DNA of 64,000 nt from contig CAWGMQ010000008.1 of the NCBI GenBank assembly GCA_963823665.1, positions 448,001 through 512,000 of the forward strand. Reading direction: 5' to 3'. Source of the stretch: an uncultured Planctomycetota bacterium. GTDB taxonomy: Bacteria; Planctomycetota; Planctomycetia; Isosphaerales; Isosphaeraceae. Below the pieces are notes generated by a model. The model had not been told where the DNA came from. It saw only the letters and a program-made list of their open reading frames with translations, and made no database searches. Positions 41,106-53,899 of the stretch are shown in pieces. Position 1 is the first letter of the stretch; each line of letters begins with the position of its first letter. Made by a program: the position numbers and the translations under genes.

Positions 41106-42941
41106 ATGAGTGATCAAGGTGCGGCTGTGGGCGGAACGGATAATGAGGTTCCTTCGCTCCCCATTGGCGGTCGACTCAACGCCGTCAAGCACGGGCTCAC
41201 GGCGAAGACTCCGGTTTTGCCGGGTGAGGACCCGGATGCTCTTCAGGCTCTGATCGATGGGTTCAAGGCGAATGCTCAGGCGAAGAACTTGATCGAAGAG
41301 AGCTTGCTCGAGATGGCGGCGAGGTGTTTCTGGCGGGCCGGGCGTGCTGAACGGCTCGAAGCGAATCGAGGGACCATCGACATCGTGCGGCGAGCGGAGA
41401 CTGATGCGGCTCGCGCGGCGCAGGAGGTCGCGGCGCTCGGGAGTCGCCTGTACTTTGACTGCCGCGGGCCGTGGCAACTGTGGCCCTGGCGAGACTATTA
41501 CTGCAATCCGCCACGGAAGTCGTCGGCGGGTGATGCCGAAGACCCAGATGGGCCGCGCAAGGTGGTTGATCAGCTTGAAGCGACCCGAGAGGGGGTGAAT
41601 TGGCTGCTGCGCGAGTGGTATGAGATCCGGAAACCGCTCGAGGCTGGAGGCGAGTGGCTGCCGTGCCAGAAATTCAAGGCCATCCGCTTGCTGGGAAAAC
41701 AGCCGCTCGATGCCATTCATGATGACGAGGTCGCCCTGGTATTCCTCGCAAACCACGCCATCGCGCCGGATTTCTTCTCCGCCTTCGACGAGCTCAGGTG
41801 CGAGATCGACGAAGATCGGCTCGAACTCCACATGGCTCAGCTCGAGCGAGAGGAGCGGAAAGCCATCACACCGGCGGATGAGGAGGGGGGACGCGCGGCA
41901 CTGCTGGCGATCGTGGATAAGGCCATCGAGCGGCTGTGGACGCTCGGAGCCGAGCGCGGGGAGGTCGCCGATTTCCTCGAACAGCTTCAAAGTCAAACAC
42001 CGAGCGACGCGGGGACGAAGGCGGTCGCTCCCGTTCAGCGGCATCTTGGAGATTGCAACCGGCTGATGCTAAGGAACATCGACGCGTTTCACCGGCTACG
42101 CCGGAATGAAGTCGAAGGGTGGGGAGAGGTCCGGCAAGAGCGAGAACAGAAGAAAGAGGAAGCACGACGCAAGCGAGCTAGGGGGCCTGATCCGCGGCTG
42201 ATTGTGGACGCGCGCGGGACTGTGCGTCAGGCCGAGGGCTACAGGTGGAGGCTTCAAGAAGGCCTGGCACGGTACGAAGCCGTGATTGGGCGGCAACCTT
42301 GCGAATTGGACGAGGGTTGGAGCGAGTCTCCGTGGAACGATGCGCGGACTGGGAAGGATCTCGACGGTACGCCGACGCAGGGAGGGGCCCTGTGCGTCGA
42401 GGAAGGCGTGCGGGCAGGGGTGACGGATGATGGCGCACGGGCGACTGCGGAGGTTGGGACGCAGGCGGGTTTTCAGGGTGAATCGGCGGGTGGGGGGGTG
42501 ATCGATTGCGTTCCCGTGCAGTTTGCGGGGAAAGGAGATGCGGCGAGTCTACAAAACGAAAATGACGGGTCGGGGGTGGAGGGAGATCGCGTGATTGGGC
42601 AGGGGGCAGATGATGATTTGAGTGTGCGGGGGTTGGAAGACCCGCGCCGGGCGGAGGAGACCTTCAGTCGGGGGGACAGCGGCGACCCTCCGGGTGCGCA
42701 AGACTCGCGACGATCAGAGATACGCAGGCACGGCAGGGTGACTGAGGACGGCGGATGGTCGACTCTGGTGGTTGGGGCGCGGGTTGATTTTCGAGGTGGA
42801 TCGGCGAGTGTGGGGCAGAACGATTGCGTTCCTGTGGAGCTTACTGGGAAAGCAGATTGGGCGAATCTACAAGACGAGATCGGGGCCTGGTTCAACGGAT
42901 GTGACGGTGAGGTTGCAATGCTGATGGACCCCGGCCCGTAG
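41106..42941 (+). CDS. Hypothetical protein with NAxKHGL motif and repetitive acidic tail
   Basis: 611-aa ORF; RLNAVKHGLTAKTPVLPGEDP; internal repeat DCVPV...GK.D.A.LQ.E twice. Confidence 0.65.
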   Translation: MSDQGAAVGGTDNEVPSLPIGGRLNAVKHGLTAKTPVLPGEDPDALQALIDGFKANAQAKNLIEESLLEMAARCFWRAGRAERLEANRGTIDIVRRAETDAARAAQEVAALGSRLYFDCRGPWQLWPWRDYYCNPPRKSSAGDAEDPDGPRKVVDQLEATREGVNWLLREWYEIRKPLEAGGEWLPCQKFKAIRLLGKQPLDAIHDDEVALVFLANHAIAPDFFSAFDELRCEIDEDRLELHMAQLEREERKAITPADEEGGRAALLAIVDKAIERLWTLGAERGEVADFLEQLQSQTPSDAGTKAVAPVQRHLGDCNRLMLRNIDAFHRLRRNEVEGWGEVRQEREQKKEEARRKRARGPDPRLIVDARGTVRQAEGYRWRLQEGLARYEAVIGRQPCELDEGWSESPWNDARTGKDLDGTPTQGGALCVEEGVRAGVTDDGARATAEVGTQAGFQGESAGGGVIDCVPVQFAGKGDAASLQNENDGSGVEGDRVIGQGADDDLSVRGLEDPRRAEETFSRGDSGDPPGAQDSRRSEIRRHGRVTEDGGWSTLVVGARVDFRGGSASVGQNDCVPVELTGKADWANLQDEIGAWFNGCDGEVAMLMDPGP

Positions 42942-43214
42942 GGTGTGTGAAGCCCGCCTGGCGTTACAGTAGATGGGATCGTGGGTTGCACCCACCCAAC
43001 GAAGTGGGGTCGCCGTTTGAAACTGGCCGATGATCGGGGTATCCTGAAAGACGTTCGCTTCGGCCGCTCTGGTGCTGGCGGCATCGCAGCGGCGACCCAC
43101 CGACATGAAGCTTCGGCCCGCTATGGCCTGGCAGCCTTGGAATGGCTGCTCTCACCGACGCTCACCCGCTCAAGGATTGGCTCGGCCCGATTAGAGACCA
43201 CTGAGGTGCTGCCG

Positions 43215-45561
43215 ATGCGACGACTGGTACGTCTGGCCACGTGGTTTGTTTCCGGGGTGATTCTGCTCGTGCTCTCGCGACGGGCTGGGCTGGCGACACG
43301 GCCGGACGCGTGGATTTCAACCGGCAAATTCGGCCGATCCTCTCGGAGACGTGCTATCAGTGCCATGGGCCGGATCAGAACAAGCGCAAGGCGGAGCTGC
43401 GGCTCGATGCTCGGGACGGGCTGTTTCGATCGAAGGACGGGACGACGATCGTCGTCCCCGGGAAGCCGGAGGAAAGCGAGCTGCTGGCGCGGATTTCCTC
43501 AGAGGATACCGAGCTGCGGATGCCGCCGCCGAAACACGGAGCGGGGCTCAAGCCTACGCAAATTGAGCTGATCAAACGGTGGATTGCGGAAGGGGCCCAG
43601 TGGAAGGGGCACTGGGCGTATCTTCCACCCTCTCGACAGCGGGCACCGGAAGCCAAGCCGGGTGGGCGCGATCGTGGGGAAATCGATCGGTTCATTCGGG
43701 CGGAGGTTGCAGCGAACGGGCTTGAGCCGGCGCCCCTGGCGGACCGGCGAACGCTGATCCGGCGCCTCAGCTTCGACCTGGTTGGGCTGCCACCGGAGCC
43801 CGGGGACGTTGAACAGTTCGAGAAGGACAGGAGCGTCTACGCGTACGAACGGCTGGTCGACCGGCTGCTCGGGTCGCCTCATTTCGGTGAGCGGATGGCG
43901 ATCTTCTGGCTTGATCTGGTGCGATTCGCCGACACAACCGGGTACCACGGGGACAATCACGTTGATGTTTATCTGTTTCGCGACTATGTGATCCGCTCGT
44001 TCAACGCGAACAAGCCTTTTGACCGGTTCACGATCGAGCAGCTCGCGGGGGACCTGGTCGAGACTCCGACCGATGAGACGCGGATTGCCTCGGGGTACAA
44101 CCGATTGCTGCTTACCACGCAAGAAGGGGGAGCGCAGGCGAAGGAATACATGGCCAAGTATTCAGCGGACCGGGTGCGGAATGTCTCGGCGGTGTGGCTG
44201 GGCAGCACGATGGGCTGCTGCGAGTGCCACGACCACAAGTACGACCCGTTCAAAACCCGCGAATTTTACAGCATGGCGGCATTCTTCGCGGACATCAAGG
44301 AGACCGTGATCGGGGTGCAAGAGCCGACCGAGTTCCCGAATGCCGAACAAGCGCGCGAGAAGAAACGTCTGAGTGAGGAGATCGCGCCGCTCAAGGCGAT
44401 CAAGAAGCCGTCGGAAGCAGAGAAGAGCAAGCTGGCGGAGCTGGAGAAGCAGCTTGGAGAGGTTCAGAAGCGAATTCCGACGACATTGGTCGCGAGCAGC
44501 GCCGTGCCGAGGGTCATGCGGGTGCTGCCGCGTGGGAACTGGCTGAACGAGACGGGCGAGGTGGTGCAGCCGGGCGTTCCGGCGGCACTTCCCGGCCTGG
44601 CTGCGAAGAAGGATCGCGCGACGCGACTGGACCTGGCCCGGTGGCTGGTTTCGGGACAGAACCCGTTGCCGGCGAGGGTGATGGTGAACCGGCTGTGGAG
44701 GCTCTTTTTCGGGCAAGGGCTGGTGACGACGATGGATGATTTCGGGTCGCAGGGGGCGACACCGAGCCATCCGGAGCTGCTGGACTGGCTGGCGAACGAG
44801 TTCACCGAGAGCGGCTGGGACGTCAAGGGGATGATCCGGAAGATGGTGACGTCGGAGGCGTATCGCCAGAGCTCGAACGTTTCCGAAGAGAAGCGGCTGC
44901 GCGACCCTGGGAACCGCTGGCTGGCGCGGCAGAGCCGGTTCCGGCTGGACGCGGAGCTGGTGCGTGACAACGCGCTTGCGCTTTCGGGACTGCTGTGCGA
45001 GAGGATCGGCGGGCCGAGCGTGAAGCCATATCAGCCGCCCGGCTACTGGATCTTTCTGAATTTCCCCAAGCGCGACTGGGAGGCGGACAGAGGGCCGGAC
45101 CGGTACCGGCGGGGGATGTACACGTACTGGCAGCGGATGTTCTTGCATCCGAGTCTACTGGCATTCGACGCGTCGACTCGGGAGGAGTGCGTGGTGGAAC
45201 GTCCGCGGTCAAACACGCCTTTGCAGGCGCTTGTGCTGCTCAACGATCCTTCGTATGTCGAAGCGGCCAGGGCGTTTGCGGTGCGGATGATTCGCGAAGG
45301 GGGAACGGACGCGAAGTCGCGGATCGAGCGAGGATTTCAACTGGCGCTTTCGCGGCGCCGGGCGCTCGCGAAATGCCGGTGCTGGTCGCGCTCTTCGAGC
45401 ACCATTACGACCAGTACCGGGCCGATCCGACGGCGGCGGCGGCATTCCTGGCCGCCGGGCTTGCGCCTGCTCCGCTGGATATCGATCCGGTCGAGATGGC
45501 AGCGTGGACGTCGGTCGCGCGCGTGCTGCTCAATCTGCAAGAGACCCTGTCACGGAGCTGA
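43215..45561 (+). CDS. Planctomycete cytochrome c / DUF1549 / DUF1553 (PSCyt1-PSCyt2-PSD1) protein, frameshifts near 43275 and 45360
   Basis: FNRQIRPILS..CYQCHG, LIRRLSFDL.GLPP, CCECHDHKYDP, PSHPELLDWLA, NTPLQAL.LLND. Confidence 0.9.
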
Positions 45562-47025
<1,464 letters not shown>

Positions 47026-47060
47026 GGAGCCGATAGGAGGTCGGCGTCGGCAGCGGATCC

Positions 47061-47128
47061 TCCGTGGCGCTTCGGGTTCGTTTCAGACAGCGCAAGCAAG
47101 TCCTCGCTGGCGCTTCGGGTTGGTGTGG
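47061..47128. repeat. REP-like TGGCGCTTCGGGTT units
   Basis: Two direct copies; same family as 2892-2920. Confidence 0.6.
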
Positions 47129-47163
47129 GAAGCGATGCGACGGCGGGATAGGTAGAAAGAAAA

Positions 47164-47200
47164 TGAGCCTGTTCCGGGCGTGAGGCCGAAAACAGGCTCA
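47164..47200. terminator. Stem-loop between convergent genes
   Basis: TGAGCCTGTT...AACAGGCTCA 10-bp stem. Confidence 0.4.
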
Positions 47201-47914
47201 GTTTGGACGTGTGTTCGTATTTGGCTGCCGGTTATCTTTCTGCCGAGGCGAAGAGTCGACGGCGGCCAGGCGAGTGACGACAATCAGGACCGCTCGCCGC
47301 CGGTCCGATCTGTGTTTCGTGATCCGCGGCTCGAATTCACATAAGCCGCGGTCAGCATTCCGAGAAGTGCCGCACGACGGCCGGAACGGCTCGAATGGGC
47401 ACCGCGCCGCACACGGGCGACAGCTCCGGCCCATTCAAACCCAGCATGCAAAGGTGCGTTTTTCTTAGGTTTCGGTTCGTTCATCTAACAAGACCCCCCA
47501 GAGTAGAAACGCGACCTAAACAACAGGTCCACGCTCCACCATTCCATTGGGCCGAGAGGAACCCGAATTCCACCCGGCGCAGCCATCCTGGCATCACCCA
47601 CCATCCGATCCGCCGGAAGACAAACTGTGCATTCCGCAGATCGGGTCGCGAGGAAACCTGGCCAAGTAAAGACCAGTCTCGCGATTGCACGCCCAAGTCA
47701 GCGATTAGAACAATCGCTAGAAGCCGTTTAACGATCGCCAAACCAAGTCTCTATGTCATCGGATAACTCGTTATTCAACTTTGATCCGCGACAATTTGGC
47801 GACTCAGGCATCACGACGAAATTCGAAGGGACCGCGTCCACGATGCAGTTTGGATCAGACCCACCGATATTCAGGCACGACCATGAGAACTTTAGCAGGC
47901 CAGCCGCGCAGAGT

Positions 47915-49360
47915 CTACAAAAATCGCCTTGTGGTTTCTCGTTTTCCGCAGTGAATGCACGCACAGTCGCGAGCGTTGGAATTTTCGGAAACTGCGGCGG
48001 TTTTTTTGATCTTTGGAAGCTCGGGATGCTGGGCAGACTGCGGCACGAGCAGGGAGCTCAAGAGGAGGAAAGTGCTGAGTCCATTGAATGCGGCGTGCAT
48101 GCAAATGGCCGCGATCAGGCTACCGGTTCGTTCGTACACGAATCCGATCGCTGCGGCGAGGAGGAAGAGTGCGATGGGCGCAGGCCACTGGTCGAAGTGA
48201 AGGGCGGCAAAGACGAGGGAAGTGAGGCTCACGCCCACAAAGGCGGCGGCGCGCCGTTGGAGGCGAGAATTCGACGGTGACGGCTCGTTGGGCTGCGGGG
48301 AGAGGTGGACCGATGCCGCCATGTCTGGCGGGAGTTTTGGCGGCTCAGAGCTCGCGTCGATCGTTTCGGGTGGCGGGGCGTGTGTCGCGGCCGAGGGAGC
48401 AAGGTTCTCGGGCGAGTGGGGCTCGGGCCCGGAGGAACGAGGTTGAGACGGGCTGACGGGCGAGTTTGGGGTGACGCCTGCGGATTTCGACGAGCTCATG
48501 CCGTTCAAGGCCGATGCGGCCCGGTCGACGAGCCAGCTCTGGATCACGCCTCGGAATATCAATTCCTCTGCGATCGGTGCGACGACGACCGCCAGGAGGA
48601 TTGCCAGTTGCGGCACACCCGGAGAAAACTCGTCGGTGACCATCTTGAGCAGAGGATGTTGGCGGCTCTCCCAGATTCTCGTCATGGCGGCCTGGGTTGC
48701 CATCAGTGCCGGCTGGATTGCGAGGAAGGCGATGAGGCCGACTCCGGCCTGGAGCCACCATCGGTTCAAGCTCAGCCCGAGATCGCGGAACGGCGAGCGG
48801 CTGGTGATTCTCAGTACGAGAGAGGCAAAGAAGAGCAGGCCAACGCTGCTGACGGCCTGGAGGGCCAGCAGCTCCGTGAGCGAGAGGTGCAGGCCGTTTG
48901 ATGGTGAAAGTTCGTCGGACGGCTCGGCGGGTTGCTCCTTCGGTTGCGTTTGGGCCGGGTTCGGTTTCTCGGCGGGCGGCGAATGAGCGGGCGCGATCTT
49001 CGACTCAGGCGACTTCGTTTCGGGCGCAGGGGGACGACCTTGCTGCGGCGGCTTTTCGGCGTGTGCAGTCACTCTGTGAACCGTGGGGCGCGAGCGATTG
49101 CGGAGCAGTCCATTCTGGATCGCGTAGGCAATGAAAACGCACTGGGGAAGAACGAGATTCAACACAAACAGCAGGAGAACGGTCCAGGCTCCCCACGGAA
49201 CCGACTGTCGGGGGACGAGCGGGGAAGGCGGGAGAACCGGGCGGCCGGTGACCAGCCGGTAGAGCACCCAACCGTCGACGGTGAGCATCGCCGCGACGAG
49301 ATAGATAAAGACGAGCCCCAGTACCGCCAGGAGAATCGCGTTCGCGTCGATCGGTTGCAT
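47915..49360 (-). CDS. CPBP (CAAX/Abi) intramembrane metalloprotease
   Basis: API.EELIFRG, FAALH, YERTGSL...ICMHAAFN. Confidence 0.88.
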   Translation of the reverse strand: MQPIDANAILLAVLGLVFIYLVAAMLTVDGWVLYRLVTGRPVLPPSPLVPRQSVPWGAWTVLLLFVLNLVLPQCVFIAYAIQNGLLRNRSRPTVHRVTAHAEKPPQQGRPPAPETKSPESKIAPAHSPPAEKPNPAQTQPKEQPAEPSDELSPSNGLHLSLTELLALQAVSSVGLLFFASLVLRITSRSPFRDLGLSLNRWWLQAGVGLIAFLAIQPALMATQAAMTRIWESRQHPLLKMVTDEFSPGVPQLAILLAVVVAPIAEELIFRGVIQSWLVDRAASALNGMSSSKSAGVTPNSPVSPSQPRSSGPEPHSPENLAPSAATHAPPPETIDASSEPPKLPPDMAASVHLSPQPNEPSPSNSRLQRRAAAFVGVSLTSLVFAALHFDQWPAPIALFLLAAAIGFVYERTGSLIAAICMHAAFNGLSTFLLLSSLLVPQSAQHPELPKIKKTAAVSENSNARDCACIHCGKRETTRRFL

Positions 49361-49461
49361 GTTTCTGCCGTGTTCCCGGGTGCGCAAGCTGCCAAGACGA
49401 GATGCTATCCTACTCGGACCGCGGGAAGTCGACCACCGACGTTGCAGATCGGGGGGGATCC

Positions 49462-50283
49462 ATGGACGATATCGTGACGCATTACAGCGAAGGGACAGAA
49501 TCAGAGCGGCTCACCGGCGGCATCGGTCTGCTGGAACGCGAGCGAATGCTCGAAGTCCTGCGCCGGTTTCTGCCCGAACCGCCGGCGACGATCTTCGACG
49601 TGGGTGGCGGACCTGGCGTGTATGCGTTTCCCCTCGCCGAGCGAGGGTATCGCGTTCACCTATTCGATCTGACGCCCTTGCACGTCGAGCAGGTAAGGCA
49701 ACGCATGCCGAATGCCGCTCGCCCCCTGGCGGAAGCTCGTCTGGGCGATGCCAGGAATCTCGACTGTGCCGGGGAGACAGCCGATGGGTACCTGCTGCTG
49801 GGCCCGCTGTATCATTTGACCGACCGGGACGACCGAATCACCGCGCTCGGCGAAGCGTACCGGATTCTCAAACCGGGTGGAACGGTCGTGGCCGCAGCCA
49901 TCACGCGGTTTGCCTCGTTGCTCGATGGTCTGGCGCGGGGCTTCGTCGATGACCCGCAGTTCCTCGATCTCCTCATGAATGACCTGTCTAGCGGCCAGCA
50001 TCGAAACCCGACGGGGAACCCGAATTATTTCACAACGGCCTATTTTCATCGGCCGGAGGAGCTCGAGGATGAGATGGCGGCGGCTGGATTTCGTGACGCG
50101 CGGATCATGGCGGTGCAGGGGCCGGGATGGTTGCGCAAGGACTTTGACCAATGCTGGGGGAACCTTCAGGAACGTGACACGATCTTGTCGTTGATCCGAG
50201 CGGTTGAAAGCGAGCGAAGCCTGATGGCGGTCAGTCCGCATGTCGTTGGGGTTGGGAGGAAGGAGGCGTCCCGCTGCGGGTGA
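49462..50283 (+). CDS. Class I SAM-dependent methyltransferase
   Basis: DVGGGPG.YA, LLLGPLYHL, LKPGG. Confidence 0.88.
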   Translation: MDDIVTHYSEGTESERLTGGIGLLERERMLEVLRRFLPEPPATIFDVGGGPGVYAFPLAERGYRVHLFDLTPLHVEQVRQRMPNAARPLAEARLGDARNLDCAGETADGYLLLGPLYHLTDRDDRITALGEAYRILKPGGTVVAAAITRFASLLDGLARGFVDDPQFLDLLMNDLSSGQHRNPTGNPNYFTTAYFHRPEELEDEMAAAGFRDARIMAVQGPGWLRKDFDQCWGNLQERDTILSLIRAVESERSLMAVSPHVVGVGRKEASRCG

Positions 50284-50464
50284 GCTTGGTGCATGGATGT
50301 CTTGGTTTGGCGTGGAGGCGTGTAAAACGGTATAACAGCGGGGGACGTATGCTCGCGGAGTTGATCGGGATTTCTCGGCGGCTTTCGGTGATGCGATCCG
50401 TGTCGCTTCGGATTTAAGTTGGGGAGAATCGTCAGGCCAAAGCCTGACCTACGGGGTGTTTCGC

Positions 50465-51689
50465 ATGAGGGATGTGGGGGAGCAGCTCTCGATCTTGAAG
50501 CGTGGCGTCGAGGCTATTGTGCCCGAGGCCGAATTCGTCAGGAAGCTGGAACGCTCGGTCCGCGACAATCGGCCGTTGCGGGTGAAGTACGGAATCGACC
50601 CGACCGGCATCGACGTCCATCTCGGGCACACGGTTCCGCTGCGCAAGCTGCGCCAGTTTCAGGACCTGGGCCATACGGCGGTGATCATCATCGGCAACTA
50701 CACGGCGCTCGTCGGCGACCCTTCGGGCCGAGATGAAACGCGCGCCAAGCTCAGCGAGAGCCAGGTGGCGGCCAATGCCCGCGACTACCTCGTGCAGGTC
50801 GGGCGGCTGATCGACATGAGCCGGGCCGAGGTCCATCACAACGGCGACTGGTTTTCGCGATGGAGCTTCCTGGACGTGCTCGAGCTCACCCGAAAGATGA
50901 CCGTGGGCCAGATGACGGCTCGCGAGGATTTCGCCAAGCGGATCGCCGCGGAGAAGCCGGTTTATCTTCACGAATGTCTTTATCCTTGATGCAAGGATGG
51001 GATTCGGTGGAAATCCGGGCCGACGTCGAGCTGGGGGGGACCGAGCAGCTCTTCAGCTTGCTGGTTGCGCGCGACCTGCAACAGGGGCAGGGACAGGAGC
51101 CGCAGGTGGCCCTGACGATGCCGATCCTGGTGGGGACCGACGGGGTGCGGCGGATGGGAAAGAGCCTGGGGAATTATATCGGCGTGGGCGAATCGGCCGA
51201 GAATCAGTTCGGCAAGATCATGAGCGTGCCGGACGAGCCGATGAGGCAGTATTTCACGCTGCTGACCGAGGTTCCGTTCGACGGAGAGTCGACCGGCTGC
51301 TGGCGCAGGGGGTCAATCCCAGAGACGCGAAGGAAGCTCTGGGCAAGGCCATCGTCGCGCAGTACCACGGGGACGCTGCGGCCGACCAGGCGGCGGAACA
51401 GTTTCGGCGGCGGGCCGCCGGGGAAGACCCGGACGAGATTCCCGAAGTCGCGATCGACGCGGGAAAGCTCGATGCGGAGGGGCGGTTGCCGGCCTTCATT
51501 CTGGTCAAGGAGCTGGGGCTGGAGGCGAGCACGTCGAATGCTCGGCGGGTGATCGAGCAGGGGGGGGTGAGCATCAGTCTCGATTCGAGGCGCGAGCCGG
51601 TGACTGACCCCAAGCTTTTGGTCTTCGTTCGTAACGGCTTGATCGTGCGCGTCGGCAAGCGCAAGATCGCGTGCGTCCGTCTGGTGTGA
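50465..51689 (+). CDS. tyrS: Tyrosine--tRNA ligase (frameshifts near 50985 and 51285)
   Basis: GIDPT..DVHLGH (HIGH), [28 protein letters not shown] (KMSKS-like), C-terminal S4 domain ending VGKRK. Confidence 0.92.
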
Positions 51690-51731
51690 TCGGTTGACCG
51701 ACTGCGAGCTGATCAACTTCGTGGAACGACG

Positions 51732-52797
51732 ATGAAACAGCACGGCTTTGGCATTGTTGGCTGTGGAATGATCGCGGAGTTTCATACGCGTGCGATCAAC
51801 GAGATCGCGAACGCGCGGGTGGTCGGGGCAAGGAGCCGCAACCCGGCCAACGGCGCCAAGATCGCCGGTCTGGCGGAAGGCGGGTGCGAGGTTTTTGGTG
51901 ATCTGGATGGGCTGCTGGCGGCAGCCCGGGCTTGATGTCGTTTGCATCTGTACGCCCAGCGGTGCCCATATGGAGCCGGCTGTGCGTGCGGCCGCGGCAG
52001 GCAAGCACGTGGTTGTCGAGAAGCCGCTCGAGATCACGCTGGCGCGATGCGACGCCATCATCGACGCCTGCGATCGAGCCGGCGTGCGGCTCTGCACGAT
52101 TTTTCCGTCGCGGTTCACGGCGGCCAACCGGCGGCTGAAAGAGGCGATCTGCGCTGGGGCGATTCGGGCGAATCACGCTGGGCGACACGCACGTGAAATG
52201 GTGGCGAAGCCAGGAGTATTACGACTCCGGCGGCTGGCGCGGAACGTGGCAGCTCGACGGCGGCGGCGCGCTCATGAACCAGGCCATTCACAACGTCGAT
52301 CTGCTGTACTGGCTGATGGGCGATGTCGAGTCGATCACCGCGCATGACCGCGACGCTGGCGCACGCTCGGATCGAGGTGGAGGACACGGCGGTCGCCTCG
52401 GTGCGTTTCAAGAACGGTGCGCTCGGGCGTGATCGAGGCGGCGACTAGTGCTTATCCGGGTTTGCTCAAGCGCACGGAGATCCACGGCGACCGCGGGTCG
52501 GCCCGGGTCGAACAGGACGATATCACGCTCTGGGAGTTCCAGGAAAAAGTGCCGAGCGACAATGAGGTCTTTGCGGCGATGGCCGCCGGGTCCGGCTTCA
52601 AGGCCGGCGCGAGTGATCCGCGGGGGATCACCCACATCGGCCATCGCGACCAGCTCATCGACTTTCTCGAGGCGATCGACGCGGGTCGCGACCCGGCCGT
52701 CGACGGCCGGGAAGGGCGAAAATCGGTGGAGATCATCCGGGCGATCTATCGCTCGGGGGGCTCCGGGCAGGTGGTCACATTGCCGCTTGCCGAGTGA
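51732..52797 (+). CDS. Gfo/Idh/MocA oxidoreductase (several frameshifts)
   Basis: [40 protein letters not shown]. Confidence 0.88.
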
Positions 52798-52817
52798 CAT
52801 GACAAGGGCGCAGCGAA

Positions 52818-53787
52818 ATGGCGAGGCTCAAGGTTCGACGCCCCTGGCTTGATTATCTTGTGTATCTCGTCGTACGCACTCTCGTGGCCTTTGCCCAGAT
52901 GCTCTCGATCGAGCAATCGTATGAGCTGGCCAGATTCCTGGGCTCTCTGCTCTACCACGCTGACAAGCGGCACAGGCAGGTCGGCCTGGACAATTTGAAG
53001 CATGCCTACGGCGATGCGATGTCGGAACAGGAGCGCGACCAGGTTGTGCGCGGCGTTTATCGTCACTTTTGCACGATGCTCATGGAGATTGTTCATCTTC
53101 CGAGGAAGCTGCACTGGACCAACTGGCGTGACCTGTTCGTGCTCGAAGGGCACGGACCGCTCCTGGACATGTTCATGAGCGGGAATCGACCGCTGATCTT
53201 CTTGACCGGACATTACGGAAACTGGGAGATGGCGGGATATGTGTTCGGCATGTTCGGGTTCCCGACCGTTGCGGTGGCGCGCACGCTCGACAACCCCTAT
53301 CTCGAGCGATTCCTCCGGTCGTTCCGCGAGCGGACCGGCCAGGAGCTGATTCCCAAGACGGGTGGATATGACAGAATGGTCGAGGTGTTGCAGAACAATC
53401 GTGCGCTGTCGTTCCTGGCCGATCAGGACGCGGGGCAAAGGGGACTCTACGTCGACTTCTTCGGTCGACCTGCGTCGACGCACAAGGCGATCGCGCTCCT
53501 GGCGATCGAGCATCAAGCGCCGGTGATCGTCGGCGTGGCGCGGCGGATCGGGCCCGGGTTCCGATACGAGTTTTTCTGCGCGGATGTGATCGATCCTGCG
53601 GAACTCGAGGAGGAGCGCGGATGACGTGCGGGTGCTTACTCAGCGTTACACAACGGCGCTGGAGCGGTTGATTCGACAGGACCCGACGCAATACCTGTGG
53701 CTGCACCGGCGGTGGAAGCATCAACCGCAGGCCTCGCGCAAGAAGGCAGCGGCCGGGGAACTCACCGCGCCTGACCAGGGCTTGTGA
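52818..53787 (+). CDS. Lipid A lauroyl-type acyltransferase (LpxL/HtrB family), frameshift near 53615
   Basis: TGHYGNWE, LADQDAG, VDFFGRPA; shifted frame gives IRQDPTQYLWLHRRWK. Confidence 0.88.
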
Positions 53788-53899
53788 TTGCGGCCGACGC
53801 ACTCGACCCCCCCCCTGGCCCCCCCTGCAAATGGCGGGGAAAGTTGGCGGCCCCCCATCAATGGGGGGGAAAGTTGGGGCAACATTCGCGGCGGGAGGT

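Noticed and set aside
50465..52797. Programmed frameshifting or pseudogenes in tyrS and the oxidoreductase
   Set aside because: No slippery heptamers, and the pattern matches the indel errors found across the window.
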